Of a DNA stretch of 64,000 bases, positions 52,477 through 61,965 are shown piece by piece. Within the stretch, counting starts at the first letter, position 1, and each line of letters starts with the position of its first letter. The translations under genes were made by a program, and so were the position numbers. Under the pieces are notes generated by a model. It saw nothing but the letters and a program-made list of their open reading frames with translations. It searched no databases and was not told the DNA's origin. Source of the stretch: Candidatus Woesearchaeota archaeon (GTDB lineage: Archaea; Nanobdellota; Nanobdellia; Pacearchaeales; GW2011-AR1); assembly GCA_964545065.1 (NCBI GenBank), contig CAZJEO010000002.1, positions 132,879 to 196,878 of the forward strand, given 5' to 3'.

Positions 52477-54042
52477 ATGGAATCAAAAGAAATTTTAGAA
52501 TTTTGTATACAGAAAGGTCTTTTAGTAGATAAAGAGATTTTGAATTTATTTAGTGAGACTCAAGATTTTGAATCTGTAAAATTAATTATAGAGAAGATTA
52601 AAACTCATACTCAAGAGAGGATTATTACGAGGAATTTATTTGATAAGAATAAGGAGCATGTGTCGCGGGTTTTTTCTGCGCTGCCAGAGGAGAATCAGAG
52701 ACAGCTTGAGAAATTGAAGATTAAACTTGGATTGAGTATTGAGATTTCAAAAGAAATTGAAAGACCGGTGAATGAGGAGATTGTACAATTAGAGAAAGAA
52801 GGGGTTAATGGAGTGAAGATTCATTCTGTTGTTGCTTATCCTATGAAAAAATTAGAGACTAAGGATTTTGTTGGTTTTTTTAGGAATCGGTTTGATAGTA
52901 TGAGGAATATTTTGCAAGAGCATCCAAAGCTTGTGAATTTGGTTTCAATAAATAAGATTGCAGGAAGTAGGCAAGGGATATCAATTATAGGAATTATTTC
53001 TGATAAAAGGATGACGAAGAATGGAAATATTCTTCTTGAGGTTGAGGATTTGACTGGAAAGATTAGGGTTTTGATAAATCAGAACAAGCCTGATTTATTT
53101 AAGGAAGGTGAGGAGATAAGTCTTGATTCTGTTTTGGGATTTATTGGTTCAGGGAATGGTGAGATCTTTTTTGTGAATGATCTTGTGTTTCCTGATGCGC
53201 GGATTTTAGAGAGGAAAAAATCTCCTGTTGAAGAGTATGCTTTGTTTATTGGAGATATTCATTATGGGAGCAAGCTTTTTTTGGAAGAGGGTTTTTTGAA
53301 GTTTATTGATTATCTTAATGGAAAGGTTCTGAATACTCCAGAGGTTGAGAAGATAAAATATCTTTTTATTGTTGGAGATATGGTTGCAGGGGTAGGGAAT
53401 TATCCGAATCAAGAAAAGGATTTGGAAATTAAGGACATTGAAGAGCAATTTATTGGATTTGCTGAGATGTTGAGCAGGATTCGGAAAGATATTCAGATAA
53501 TTATTTCGCCAGGGAATCATGATGGTGTTCGGTTGATGGAGCCACAGCCATTGATCGGGGAAAAGCATGCATGGGCACTTTATGATTTAGACAATGTGGT
53601 TTTTACTGGGAATCCTGCTTCTGTTAATTTAGGAGCGAAGGGCGGTTTTTCTGGTTTTGATGTTTTGACTTATCATGGGTTTTCGTTTCCTTATTATACA
53701 AATACTGTTCCAAGTTTGATTAGAGACAATGCAATGAATGCTCCTGATAAGATCATGGGTTATTTGCTGAAGAATAGGCATCTGGCGCCGTCACATACAT
53801 CGACTCAGTATTTTCCTCATGAAGAAGATGCTTTGATAGTTAGGAATGTTCCTGATATTTTTGTTTCAGGACATACACACAAGAGTGCTGTTTCATATTA
53901 TAATAATGTTTTGATGATTTCGATTTCATCATGGGAGGGGAAGACAGATTATATGGAGAAGATGGGAAGTGAGCCAGACCACTGTAAGGTGCCGATGTTT
54001 AATCTTAAGACAAGGGAGGTGAAAATTCTTGACTTCGAATAA
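52477..54042 (+). CDS. polB: DNA polymerase II (PolD) small subunit DP1
   Basis: OB-fold region plus calcineurin-like phosphoesterase motifs (FIGDIHYGS, VGDMVAGVG, PGNHD, GHTH). Confidence 0.9.
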   Translation: MESKEILEFCIQKGLLVDKEILNLFSETQDFESVKLIIEKIKTHTQERIITRNLFDKNKEHVSRVFSALPEENQRQLEKLKIKLGLSIEISKEIERPVNEEIVQLEKEGVNGVKIHSVVAYPMKKLETKDFVGFFRNRFDSMRNILQEHPKLVNLVSINKIAGSRQGISIIGIISDKRMTKNGNILLEVEDLTGKIRVLINQNKPDLFKEGEEISLDSVLGFIGSGNGEIFFVNDLVFPDARILERKKSPVEEYALFIGDIHYGSKLFLEEGFLKFIDYLNGKVLNTPEVEKIKYLFIVGDMVAGVGNYPNQEKDLEIKDIEEQFIGFAEMLSRIRKDIQIIISPGNHDGVRLMEPQPLIGEKHAWALYDLDNVVFTGNPASVNLGAKGGFSGFDVLTYHGFSFPYYTNTVPSLIRDNAMNAPDKIMGYLLKNRHLAPSHTSTQYFPHEEDALIVRNVPDIFVSGHTHKSAVSYYNNVLMISISSWEGKTDYMEKMGSEPDHCKVPMFNLKTREVKILDFE

Positions 54043-54076
54043 TTTTCATCTCTTCGTTAAAATAAATAAATTTTAC

Positions 54077-54106
54077 CGGGAGGTTAAGATTTTGGATTTT
54101 GAGTAG
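54077..54106 (+). pseudogene. Fossil second copy of the DP1 C-terminus (10 codons including the stop)
   Basis: cgg gag gtt aag att ttg gat ttt gag tag encodes REVKILDFE*. That is the same peptide as the real DP1 end (agg gag gtg aaa att ctt gac ttc gaa taa), and it differs only by synonymous changes. Confidence 0.7.
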
Positions 54107-54107
54107 G

Positions 54108-54674
54108 ATGGAAGGTATAATTGAAGAAGTTAGGAAATTTGTAGAAGAAGAATGTAAAAAACCTAGCGCTAAATATAGGCTTATTTATGAAGGGCATTTT
54201 GTTCCAATGCATGAGCGTGCTGTTGAATTAGCAAAAAAATTAGGCGCAGATTTGGAGACTGTTGAATTAGCTGCATGGTTTCATGACCTTGGTTCTGTAC
54301 TTGATGGAAGAGAAAATCATCATATTATAGGAGCAGAAATAGCTGAAAAAAAATTAAAAGAATTAGGTTATCCTAAAGAAAAAATAGAGCAGGTTAAACA
54401 TTGTATTCTTAATCATAGAGGTTCTGTTGGTATGAATGGAGAGACTGTTGAATCACAGATTATTATTGAGGCAGATACATTAAGTGGTTTTGATAATGTT
54501 GGGGGGATATTTGAGGCTGCTATCCTTCATGAAGATTTACATCAACAAGATGCAGCAAAATCTGTTTTAAATAAATTGAAGAATAAATATAATCAATTAT
54601 CTACAGAATCCCGCGAATTAATTAAAAAAAAATATGAGGCAGCATTAGTGTTGTTCGGAGAAGATGGAAACTGA
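54108..54674 (+). CDS. HD-domain phosphohydrolase
   Basis: HxxxxxxxxxxxHD pattern (HERAVELAKK...AAWFHDLG), with later HH and D residues. Lies between the DP1 and DP2 genes. Confidence 0.75.
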   Translation: MEGIIEEVRKFVEEECKKPSAKYRLIYEGHFVPMHERAVELAKKLGADLETVELAAWFHDLGSVLDGRENHHIIGAEIAEKKLKELGYPKEKIEQVKHCILNHRGSVGMNGETVESQIIIEADTLSGFDNVGGIFEAAILHEDLHQQDAAKSVLNKLKNKYNQLSTESRELIKKKYEAALVLFGEDGN

Positions 54675-57600
54675 AAAATACTTCAAAGATCTTGAAAGAG
54701 ATGTTAGGAAAGTTTATGCTGTTGCAGAAGCTGCGAGGGCGAAAGGAATTGACCCGAAGAAAAAGGTTGAGATTCCGTTGGCAATGAGTATGGCTGAGAA
54801 AGTTGTTGAGTTGATTGCTACAGTTTATCCTCAAATGAGTGGTTGTGGAATTGATAAGAGAATTCTTGAATTAGAAAAAGAGTATGGGAAGCTTGATTCC
54901 ACAATTGTTTTTAAGATTGCAGAGGAGGTAGCAAAGCAGAAATTTTGTAAGTTTGCTAGTTTGCTTGAGGCAATTGATGCAGGAATTAGAATTGGGTTGG
55001 CATATGTGACAATAGGGGTTGTTTCAAGTCCAATCGAAGGATTCACTCAATTGAAGTTAGGGAAGACGAGAGATGGGAAAGATTATTTTATTGCATATTT
55101 CTCAGGGCCTATAAGAAGTTCAGGAACAACTGCAAATTGTATGACTTTGATGTTGATTGATTATCTTAGAGAATTGTTTGGTTATGCTAAATATGATCCG
55201 ACTGAAGAAGAGGTTAAGAGATTTGTGGCAGAGATTACTGATTTTCACGAGAGGGTTACGAATCTTCAGTATATGCCTACTGAAAAAGAGATGGTTTTTC
55301 TTGCTGAGAATATGCCGATTCAGGTTGCGGGCGATCCTTCTGAGAAGTTAGAGGTTTCTAATTATAAGAATTTGCCTAGAGTGGATACTAATTTTTTGAG
55401 GAGTGGTTTTTGCTTGGTTCTTGCAGAAGGATTGGCTCAAAAAGCTGCGAAGGGTCTAATGTTATTGAACAATGCCAAGGAAAAAGGAATTAATGCAACT
55501 GGATTTGATTTTTTAGAAGATTATCTTGAATTGCATGAAAAAGAAACAAGTGTTGCTTCAGAAGGAGAAGAGAAAGATACAAGACCAACTTATATCAGAG
55601 ATCTTCTTGCAGGGAGACCTGTGTTTTCACACCCCTCTATGTCTGGAGGTTTTAGATTTAGATATGGTAGAGGGAGGGTTAGTGGATTTAGTGCTGTTTC
55701 TTTGCATCCTGCGACAATGGCGATTACAGATAATTTTATTGCTACTGGGACGCAGTTGAAAATAGAGAAGCCTACAAAAGGTTGTGTTACGACTGTTTGC
55801 GATTCAATTGACGGACCGATTGTGAAATTATTTAATGGAAGTGTAAAAAAAGTTGAGAGTATGGAAGAGGCTAAGAAGCTTTATCCTGATGTAGAGGAGA
55901 TAATTTATCTTGGAGATATTTTGTTTCCGTTTAGTGATGTTAGAAATAGATATGCTGATTTAATAAATCCAGGTTATGTTGAAGAATGGTGGAAGTTGGA
56001 ATTAGAGGAGAAAGGTGGGACTGTTGAAGATTGTTTTAATGTTTCTTTTGATGAAGCGATTGAGTTTAGTAAGAAGTTTGGAGTTGGGTTTTATCCGAAA
56101 TATATTTTTTACTGGACGCAGATTGCTGAAAGTGGTTTTCTTGAGTTGATTAAATGGTTGAGAGGTGCGTTTGTTGCTGATAAAAAGATTGTTTTTCCGT
56201 ATCAAAAAGATATTCAGGAGAAGTTTGCTCAAGGGAAGAGGGCGTTGGAGCTTTTGGGTGTTGAGCATGCTGTGAGTATTGAGAATGTTGTTATTGATGC
56301 AAAGGAATCTAGAGCATTGCTTGCTAATCTTGGAATTGACTTGAGAGTTTTGGAGAAAGGAGGAGCGATTAGAGAATTTGTTCAGGAGAAGAGATATAAA
56401 CTGGCACCCAAGGGTGTACCCCCAGAAGGGGGCAAGGGTGAGGAGATTTTGCATAAGATTAATTCTGTTTCTAATTTTGTAATTAAGGATAAGGCAGGGG
56501 AATTTATCGGCGCGAGGATGGGAAGACCTGAGAAAGCTAAGCTTAGAAAACTTGTTGGTAGCCCGAATATTCTTTTTCCTGTTGGGAAAGAGGGAGGAAG
56601 ATTGAGGAGTTTTCAGGCAGCGTGTGAGGTGGGAAATGTTTGGAGTTCTTTTCCTGTTTATTATTGTGAAGAGTGTAAGAAGGAGACAATTTATCCTCAT
56701 TGTGAGGACTGTGGGAAAGAGTGTGAGAAGAGGTTTTATTGTAGAGAGTGTGAGGAAGTTAGTAAGACAAAGTGTCAGCAGCATGAGAGGAGTGTTCCAT
56801 ATTATGCGAGGAAGATTGATATTAATCATTATTATCAGAAGGCTGTTGAGAAATTAGGATTAGCAAGACAGAATTTGCCTGCGTTGATTAAAGGTATTAG
56901 GGGAACTTCGTCAGAGAATCATCAGATAGAGAATCTTACTAAGGGAGTTTTGAGGGCGCTTCATGGTTTGCAAGTTAATAAGGATGGGACGATTAGGTTT
57001 GATTGCACTGAATTACCCTTGGTTAGTTTTAAGCCTAAGGAAGTTTCTGTTAGTGTTGAGAAGTTGAAGGAATTGGGTTATGATAAAGATGTTTATGGGA
57101 AAGAGCTTGTTAGTGATGAACAGATTTTGAATTTGATGCCCCATGATGTAATTCTTCCGAATTCGCCTGAGTCGCTTGATGAGAAAGCTGATGATGTTTT
57201 TGTTAAGCTTTGTAATTTTGTTGATGAGCTTTTGGTTAAAGTTTATGGGTTGAAGCCATTTTACAAAGTTAAGAGTAGAGATGATTTGGTTGGCAAGTTA
57301 GGAGTTTGTATGGCGCCACATAATTGTGCAGGAGTTATTTGCAGGTTTATTGGTTTTTCAAATAGTTTGGGATTATTTGCTTCGCCTTATATGCACGCAG
57401 CGATAAGAAGAGATTGTGATGGGGATGAAGCAGCGATTATGCTTTTGGGAGATGTGCTTATTAATTTTTCCCGGGAATTTCTTCCGAGTCATCGAGGGGG
57501 AACACAGGATGCTCCGTTGGTTTTGAATGCGAAGATTGATGCAGGGGAAGTTGATGATCAGATTTTGGATTTTGAGTTTTCTTATGGGTATCCGTTGAAA

Positions 57601-58164
57601 CTTTATCAATTGGCAGAGCAGAGAAAGCATTCTTCTGAGGTTGGGATTAGGAATGTGAAAGAAGTATTGGCAGAGGGAGGGGACCCTTTTGTTGGTTTGG
57701 GTTTTACTCATGATACAACTGATTTTAATAAAGGAGTTGTTTGTTCTTCGTATAAATTACTTCCGACAATGCAGGAGAAAGTTCAGCACCAGATGGAACT
57801 TGTTGAGAAGATTAGGGCGGTGGACACTTCTGATGTTGCGAGGTTGATTATTGAGCGGCATTTTATTCGGGATTTGAAAGGTAATCTTAGGAAGTTTTCA
57901 ATGCAGGGTTTTAGGTGTGTGGCTTGTAATGAAATTATGAGGAGACCGCCGTTAAAAGGAATTTGTCATAAATGTGGTGGAAAGATAATTTTTACAATTA
58001 ATGAAGGAGGGATTAAGAAATATCTTGAACCAGCAATTGATTTGGCGAATAAGTATGAACTTTCTGCTTATCTTAAACAGAATTTAGGATTGATAAAAGA
58101 TAATATTGATAGTATTTTTGGGAAGGAGCTTGAGAGACAGGAGAAGTTGGGGGGATGGATGTGA
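54664..58164 (+). CDS. polC: DNA polymerase II (PolD) large catalytic subunit DP2
   Basis: 1166 aa with conserved DP2 blocks (e.g. GFRFRYGRGRVSGF, GRPEKAK, MAPHNCAGV..., RRDCDGDEA, C-terminal Zn motifs CVACN...CHKCGG). No intein-sized insertion. Confidence 0.95.
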   Translation: METEKYFKDLERDVRKVYAVAEAARAKGIDPKKKVEIPLAMSMAEKVVELIATVYPQMSGCGIDKRILELEKEYGKLDSTIVFKIAEEVAKQKFCKFASLLEAIDAGIRIGLAYVTIGVVSSPIEGFTQLKLGKTRDGKDYFIAYFSGPIRSSGTTANCMTLMLIDYLRELFGYAKYDPTEEEVKRFVAEITDFHERVTNLQYMPTEKEMVFLAENMPIQVAGDPSEKLEVSNYKNLPRVDTNFLRSGFCLVLAEGLAQKAAKGLMLLNNAKEKGINATGFDFLEDYLELHEKETSVASEGEEKDTRPTYIRDLLAGRPVFSHPSMSGGFRFRYGRGRVSGFSAVSLHPATMAITDNFIATGTQLKIEKPTKGCVTTVCDSIDGPIVKLFNGSVKKVESMEEAKKLYPDVEEIIYLGDILFPFSDVRNRYADLINPGYVEEWWKLELEEKGGTVEDCFNVSFDEAIEFSKKFGVGFYPKYIFYWTQIAESGFLELIKWLRGAFVADKKIVFPYQKDIQEKFAQGKRALELLGVEHAVSIENVVIDAKESRALLANLGIDLRVLEKGGAIREFVQEKRYKLAPKGVPPEGGKGEEILHKINSVSNFVIKDKAGEFIGARMGRPEKAKLRKLVGSPNILFPVGKEGGRLRSFQAACEVGNVWSSFPVYYCEECKKETIYPHCEDCGKECEKRFYCRECEEVSKTKCQQHERSVPYYARKIDINHYYQKAVEKLGLARQNLPALIKGIRGTSSENHQIENLTKGVLRALHGLQVNKDGTIRFDCTELPLVSFKPKEVSVSVEKLKELGYDKDVYGKELVSDEQILNLMPHDVILPNSPESLDEKADDVFVKLCNFVDELLVKVYGLKPFYKVKSRDDLVGKLGVCMAPHNCAGVICRFIGFSNSLGLFASPYMHAAIRRDCDGDEAAIMLLGDVLINFSREFLPSHRGGTQDAPLVLNAKIDAGEVDDQILDFEFSYGYPLKLYQLAEQRKHSSEVGIRNVKEVLAEGGDPFVGLGFTHDTTDFNKGVVCSSYKLLPTMQEKVQHQMELVEKIRAVDTSDVARLIIERHFIRDLKGNLRKFSMQGFRCVACNEIMRRPPLKGICHKCGGKIIFTINEGGIKKYLEPAIDLANKYELSAYLKQNLGLIKDNIDSIFGKELERQEKLGGWM

Positions 58165-58294
58165 TTTTGTTTAGAAAATTTTAAATAGTTAGTTTGATAA
58201 ATTTGATTATGGAAAGGGGTGAGAAATAGTATATCTTATTGTAAGAATCTTTAAAAGATAGCATTAATTGTACTTACATAGGAGGTTAGTCAAC

Positions 58295-58552
58295 ATGGAG
58301 CAAGATTTAATGATAGAGGAGTTAGGAGAAGAAGAAAGAATTTTACTTTTAAGAGCGAATAATTTTGATGTCGATAGAGAAGGATATGTAATAAATCTTT
58401 CTAAAGAAAGAATTCCTTCTAAACAAAATCCAAAAAAATTTATTCAAGCAAAATTTGCTTGCTTAATTCCTGGATCCTTGGAAGTTTTGGATGGGACTCC
58501 TGTAGCTATTTCTGAATTTTTCAGAAAGAAAGAATTGACTGAAAAAGAATGA
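58295..58552 (+). CDS. Hypothetical small protein (85 aa)
   Basis: ATG 58295 is preceded by ggaggt. ATGA overlap with the next ORF. No family recognised. Confidence 0.4.
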   Translation: MEQDLMIEELGEEERILLLRANNFDVDREGYVINLSKERIPSKQNPKKFIQAKFACLIPGSLEVLDGTPVAISEFFRKKELTEKE

Positions 58553-59307
58553 ACGAACAAATCTTATCAGAAATTAAAAATTTGCCCCTTTCTGTAGCTT
58601 TAGTTTATCTTGTTTCTAAAGGAATAGATTTTACTCAAAGAGGATATGATGAATTGAAGAAAATTATAATAGATAAACAGCATGAAAAAAAATATCTTTT
58701 TGTTCCAATAAGAGAAGAAGCTCTCAAATTAAAGAAGCTAAGCGGGGACACTAAATACAGGGAATTAGAATTGCTTGTTCCAAATTATAAATATTTAGAT
58801 TTAATTAGAACAGGTCTTTTAATAGATTACTATAGAAATAATTTTTCTAGAGAAAATGATGAGAGGATAAAGGAAATAAAATTTGATATTATAAAAAACC
58901 CCGGAGGGAAGAGATTGTTAAAAATTGTTAATTTGCCCTCGACGATATTTTTTTCTTCAATTATAAAGTATCTCCATAATTTAAAAGTAAATGATTATCC
59001 TGAAAATCATATTCAAGAGGAATTTGAAGAACTTGTAGATGACTGGGAAGATTCTTCATTGTTTGTTGAAAAGACGGATGAAATAGATAAAATAAAGATT
59101 TTTTGTCATAAACAAAAAGAAGAAAATACCGATAGGTTTTTTATTTTAGCTACAAAAGAAAGGGCCATTTCATTAGTCGAAGAATCTCTTAATGATCTTG
59201 AACAAGAAAATTTCTTTGTTGAAAATTTCTACAAATATAGAGTTTTTAAAGATGGTGAGGAAAGGGGCCAGAGAATAGAAGTTATTATTTCTAGAAAAAC
59301 TATTTAA
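58549..59307 (+). CDS. Hypothetical protein (252 aa)
   Basis: Coupled to the upstream small ORF. No motif recognised. Confidence 0.4.
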   Translation: MNEQILSEIKNLPLSVALVYLVSKGIDFTQRGYDELKKIIIDKQHEKKYLFVPIREEALKLKKLSGDTKYRELELLVPNYKYLDLIRTGLLIDYYRNNFSRENDERIKEIKFDIIKNPGGKRLLKIVNLPSTIFFSSIIKYLHNLKVNDYPENHIQEEFEELVDDWEDSSLFVEKTDEIDKIKIFCHKQKEENTDRFFILATKERAISLVEESLNDLEQENFFVENFYKYRVFKDGEERGQRIEVIISRKTI

Positions 59308-59372
59308 TCAAACCGACAAAAGTGATTCCCATCCAAAGATTTATAACTTCTTCTTTGTTTTATGATTAAAAG

Positions 59373-59864
59373 ATGGTGGATAAAAGAATTTATGATTACT
59401 TGTTGAGATATTCTCGGCAATATAGTTTGAGTGATTTGAAAAAATATTTGATTAGTTCTGGTCAGAATAGTAATGCTGTGAATGAAGCGGCGACTGCTGT
59501 GATTGCGCAGATGGGTAGGGCGAAAGCTATGGAGAGACCGCAGCCTATCCCGAAGAAGTTGCCGATGGTGGGAGTGCAGAAGAAAACAGCTGTGAAAAAA
59601 CCAGTTGTGAAAAAACCTGTTAAGAAAGTTAAACAAACAGTGCAACCGAAAACTGTTTCTAAGAAGCAAGTTAAGCCAGTAAATCAACAAGTCAAGGCTA
59701 AAAATGTGAAACCAATTAATGGAAAGAATGGGAAGAACCTAAAAACCGAGAAAGGGAAAGATGTTGCTAAGAAACCTGGAAATAAATGGCTTTTGATTTT
59801 TTTGATAATTCTTATTGTTCTTTTAATTGCTGCAGCAGCTGGTTGGTATTTTTTTCTTAGATAG
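59373..59864 (+). CDS. Tail-anchored protein with a Lys-rich linker
   Basis: Small N-terminal globular segment, a KKPV-rich repeat region and a C-terminal TM segment (WLLIFLIILIVLLIAAAAGWYFF). Confidence 0.45.
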   Translation: MVDKRIYDYLLRYSRQYSLSDLKKYLISSGQNSNAVNEAATAVIAQMGRAKAMERPQPIPKKLPMVGVQKKTAVKKPVVKKPVKKVKQTVQPKTVSKKQVKPVNQQVKAKNVKPINGKNGKNLKTEKGKDVAKKPGNKWLLIFLIILIVLLIAAAAGWYFFLR

Positions 59865-61058
59865 TTAGGTAAGATATAAGATAATAGTCGGCAAAAGTAA
59901 GCAGCCCATCATTTGAGTTCTTTTAACTTTTAATTTAATACAATAAATTCCGGTTAGTGTTGAAACAATTAAAACAATTAATCCTGTGAGGCCTGAAATA
60001 AGTGTGATAACTAAAATAAGAATTAATAATGTTATGAGGGAAATTTTTGTGTAATTTATTTTGTTGATGTTGTTGGAGAAGAATTTGGCTAGGGATTTTG
60101 TGAGGAAGAATGAAATTATTCCGGTGATTAAAATTATTATGAGGAGGAGGATTAAAATTTTGCTTGAGAAATGTTGGAGGAGTTCTTGGATTGCGACTGC
60201 TGCTCCTGTTCTTGTTTTTGAAATAACGTAAAGTGAGATGAAAGAGAAACCCATGACAAGCGTGTTTGTTGCACCGAGGAGGATTAAGAATCCTTTTTTG
60301 TTGGTTTTTGCAATTAAATTTCCGATTACTGCTGCTTGGCCAGAACCTAATCCTGGGAGAAAACTGCACAATGGCGAGGCAATCACAGAACCAAGCAAGG
60401 GTTTGAATAATTTTGTTTTTGGTTTTGTTATTTTTTGTTCGGGAATTTGTGTTTTATTTTTTATACTTTGAATTAGCATGGAGCCACCGAAAAGTCCTGT
60501 AAGTAAAGGTAGCAGAGGTTGGTTTAGCGAGGGTAGATTTAGAACACTTAAACCTAAAGCTCCTGTGAGAAGAAAAACAAAAAGCGCAGAAAGTTTTTTC
60601 TTTTCGAGGAAAACTAAAAGCAGAGAAATAAAAATTAGAATAAGCGGCATGACAAATTGTTTTGTTAAAAGATTGTAAATTTTTCCTATTGTAAAAATTG
60701 CTGGAAGAGAAATTAAAATTATTGCAAAAATTGCTGCAAGACTACCATAAGTTGTTAAAATAATTGCTTGATAGCCTTGCCCTTTTTTTAATAAGTCATG
60801 TCCGGGCAAAACTGATAATTCTGTATCTGTGTCTGGGCAACCGAGGAGAATTGAGGGAATAAAATCCAAGAAAGTGTGGATGATTGCCATGGATGCTATG
60901 AAAACCACGAGATAGATTGAATTTATTGAAGAAAAAATAGTTACAGATAAAGAGATAAGAATTATGCCTAGGGTGTTGATATGGATTCCTGGAATTAGGC
61001 CTGTTAGAGTTCCTGCGAGAATTCCTAATAAAAGAGAAAGGAAAATTTGAAAGAGCAT
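59865..61058 (-). CDS. Polytopic membrane protein, TctA/DUF112-like
   Basis: About 10-12 TM helices and a GLIPGIHINT-type N-terminal motif. Family assignment is tentative. Confidence 0.45.
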   Translation of the reverse strand: MLFQIFLSLLLGILAGTLTGLIPGIHINTLGIILISLSVTIFSSINSIYLVVFIASMAIIHTFLDFIPSILLGCPDTDTELSVLPGHDLLKKGQGYQAIILTTYGSLAAIFAIILISLPAIFTIGKIYNLLTKQFVMPLILIFISLLLVFLEKKKLSALFVFLLTGALGLSVLNLPSLNQPLLPLLTGLFGGSMLIQSIKNKTQIPEQKITKPKTKLFKPLLGSVIASPLCSFLPGLGSGQAAVIGNLIAKTNKKGFLILLGATNTLVMGFSFISLYVISKTRTGAAVAIQELLQHFSSKILILLLIIILITGIISFFLTKSLAKFFSNNINKINYTKISLITLLILILVITLISGLTGLIVLIVSTLTGIYCIKLKVKRTQMMGCLLLPTIILYLT

Positions 61059-61100
61059 ACCTGAGGAAAGATTTAATAATTAATAATTCTTACTTAATTT

Positions 61101-61631
61101 ATGAATTGGTTATTTTTAGAAGAGTTGGCGTTGGATTCGAGTGAAGCTTTGGCAGAGCAAGGGGTTGAGGCGATTGGAGGAGTTCTTGGTTTAATTTTTT
61201 CAATTCTTTTTGCAATGGTTGCAGTAGTTTTCTTTGTAGCAATTGGAATTTATGTATATAGTTCTTTTGCATATATGGAGATTGGGAAAAAGGCGAAGCA
61301 TAAAAATCCTGGAATTGCGTGGATACCTTTTGTAGGTAAACCTCTTTTGACATCCCAAATTGCGAAAATGCCTTGGTGGCCTGTTTTGTTTTTATTAGGA
61401 GGGATTTTCATATTTATTCCTATAGTTGGGGTGTTTATTTATTATGCATCTATGGTTGCATTTACAGTTTTCTTTTTTATATGGAGATGGAAAGCTTATG
61501 AAAAAGTTGGACATCCTGGATGGTTTTCATTGATATTTTTGATTCCAATAGTGGGTTATGTGTTTTTGGGAATTGTTGCTTGGAGTAAAGAGAATATCAT
61601 AGAACCGATTAAGCCCAGAAAGAAGAAATAA
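61101..61631 (+). CDS. Integral membrane protein, unknown function
   Basis: Four hydrophobic segments. No family recognised. Confidence 0.45.
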   Translation: MNWLFLEELALDSSEALAEQGVEAIGGVLGLIFSILFAMVAVVFFVAIGIYVYSSFAYMEIGKKAKHKNPGIAWIPFVGKPLLTSQIAKMPWWPVLFLLGGIFIFIPIVGVFIYYASMVAFTVFFFIWRWKAYEKVGHPGWFSLIFLIPIVGYVFLGIVAWSKENIIEPIKPRKKK

Positions 61632-61633
61632 TT

Positions 61634-61864
61634 TTATTTGAGAGCTTTTTCAATTTTTTCTTGATCAAACCCTAAAAATATTTTATCATCAATAACAATA
61701 ACTGGTACGCTTAATTGCCTTGATATTTTTTTCATTTCTTTTTGAGCTTTGGTATTTGAAGAAACATCAATATTTTCAAATTTTATTTTTTTTTCATTAA
61801 AAAAATCTTTAGCCATTTTACAATAAGGGCAAGTTGGTGTTGAATATATTTTTACTTTTGGCAT
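61634..61864 (-). CDS. Glutaredoxin/NrdH-like small redox protein
   Basis: YSTPTCPYCKMAKDFF (CPYC active site) with a thioredoxin-fold length of 76 aa. Confidence 0.75.
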   Translation of the reverse strand: MPKVKIYSTPTCPYCKMAKDFFNEKKIKFENIDVSSNTKAQKEMKKISRQLSVPVIVIDDKIFLGFDQEKIEKALK

Positions 61865-61965
61865 TTTTTGATATATTAAAGGATTATAAAAAATATTTAA
61901 ATCTTTTGGAAATTATGAAATATTTTGGTGAAAAGTTTTTTATAGTTCTTTTTTAATATTAAAAT

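Noticed and set aside
50000-52500. Using G/C skew by eye as independent support for the origin.
   Set aside because: Spot counts show C>G on the plus strand to the left and G>C to the right. This is confounded by the switch in coding strand (purine-rich sense strands), and a genome-wide cumulative skew is needed.
56002-56829. Long antisense ORFs inside well-supported genes. Examples: 56002-56829 and 57373-57711 within DP2, 46171-46698 within xerA, 16445-17014 within the flippase, 31824-32462 within secD, 59304-59690 and 59935-60369, 2735-3052, and 41226-41585.
   Set aside because: Their translations are low-complexity and Leu/Phe/Ser/Ile-rich, with no motifs. Each is fully shadowed by an opposite-strand gene with clear family signatures, which is the typical stop-poor antisense frame of an AT-rich coding sequence.
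51245-58164. Inteins or mobile introns in orc1, DP1 or DP2.
   Set aside because: Protein lengths (409, 521 and 1166 aa) and uninterrupted conserved blocks leave no room for an intein. No LAGLIDADG or HNH insert was seen.
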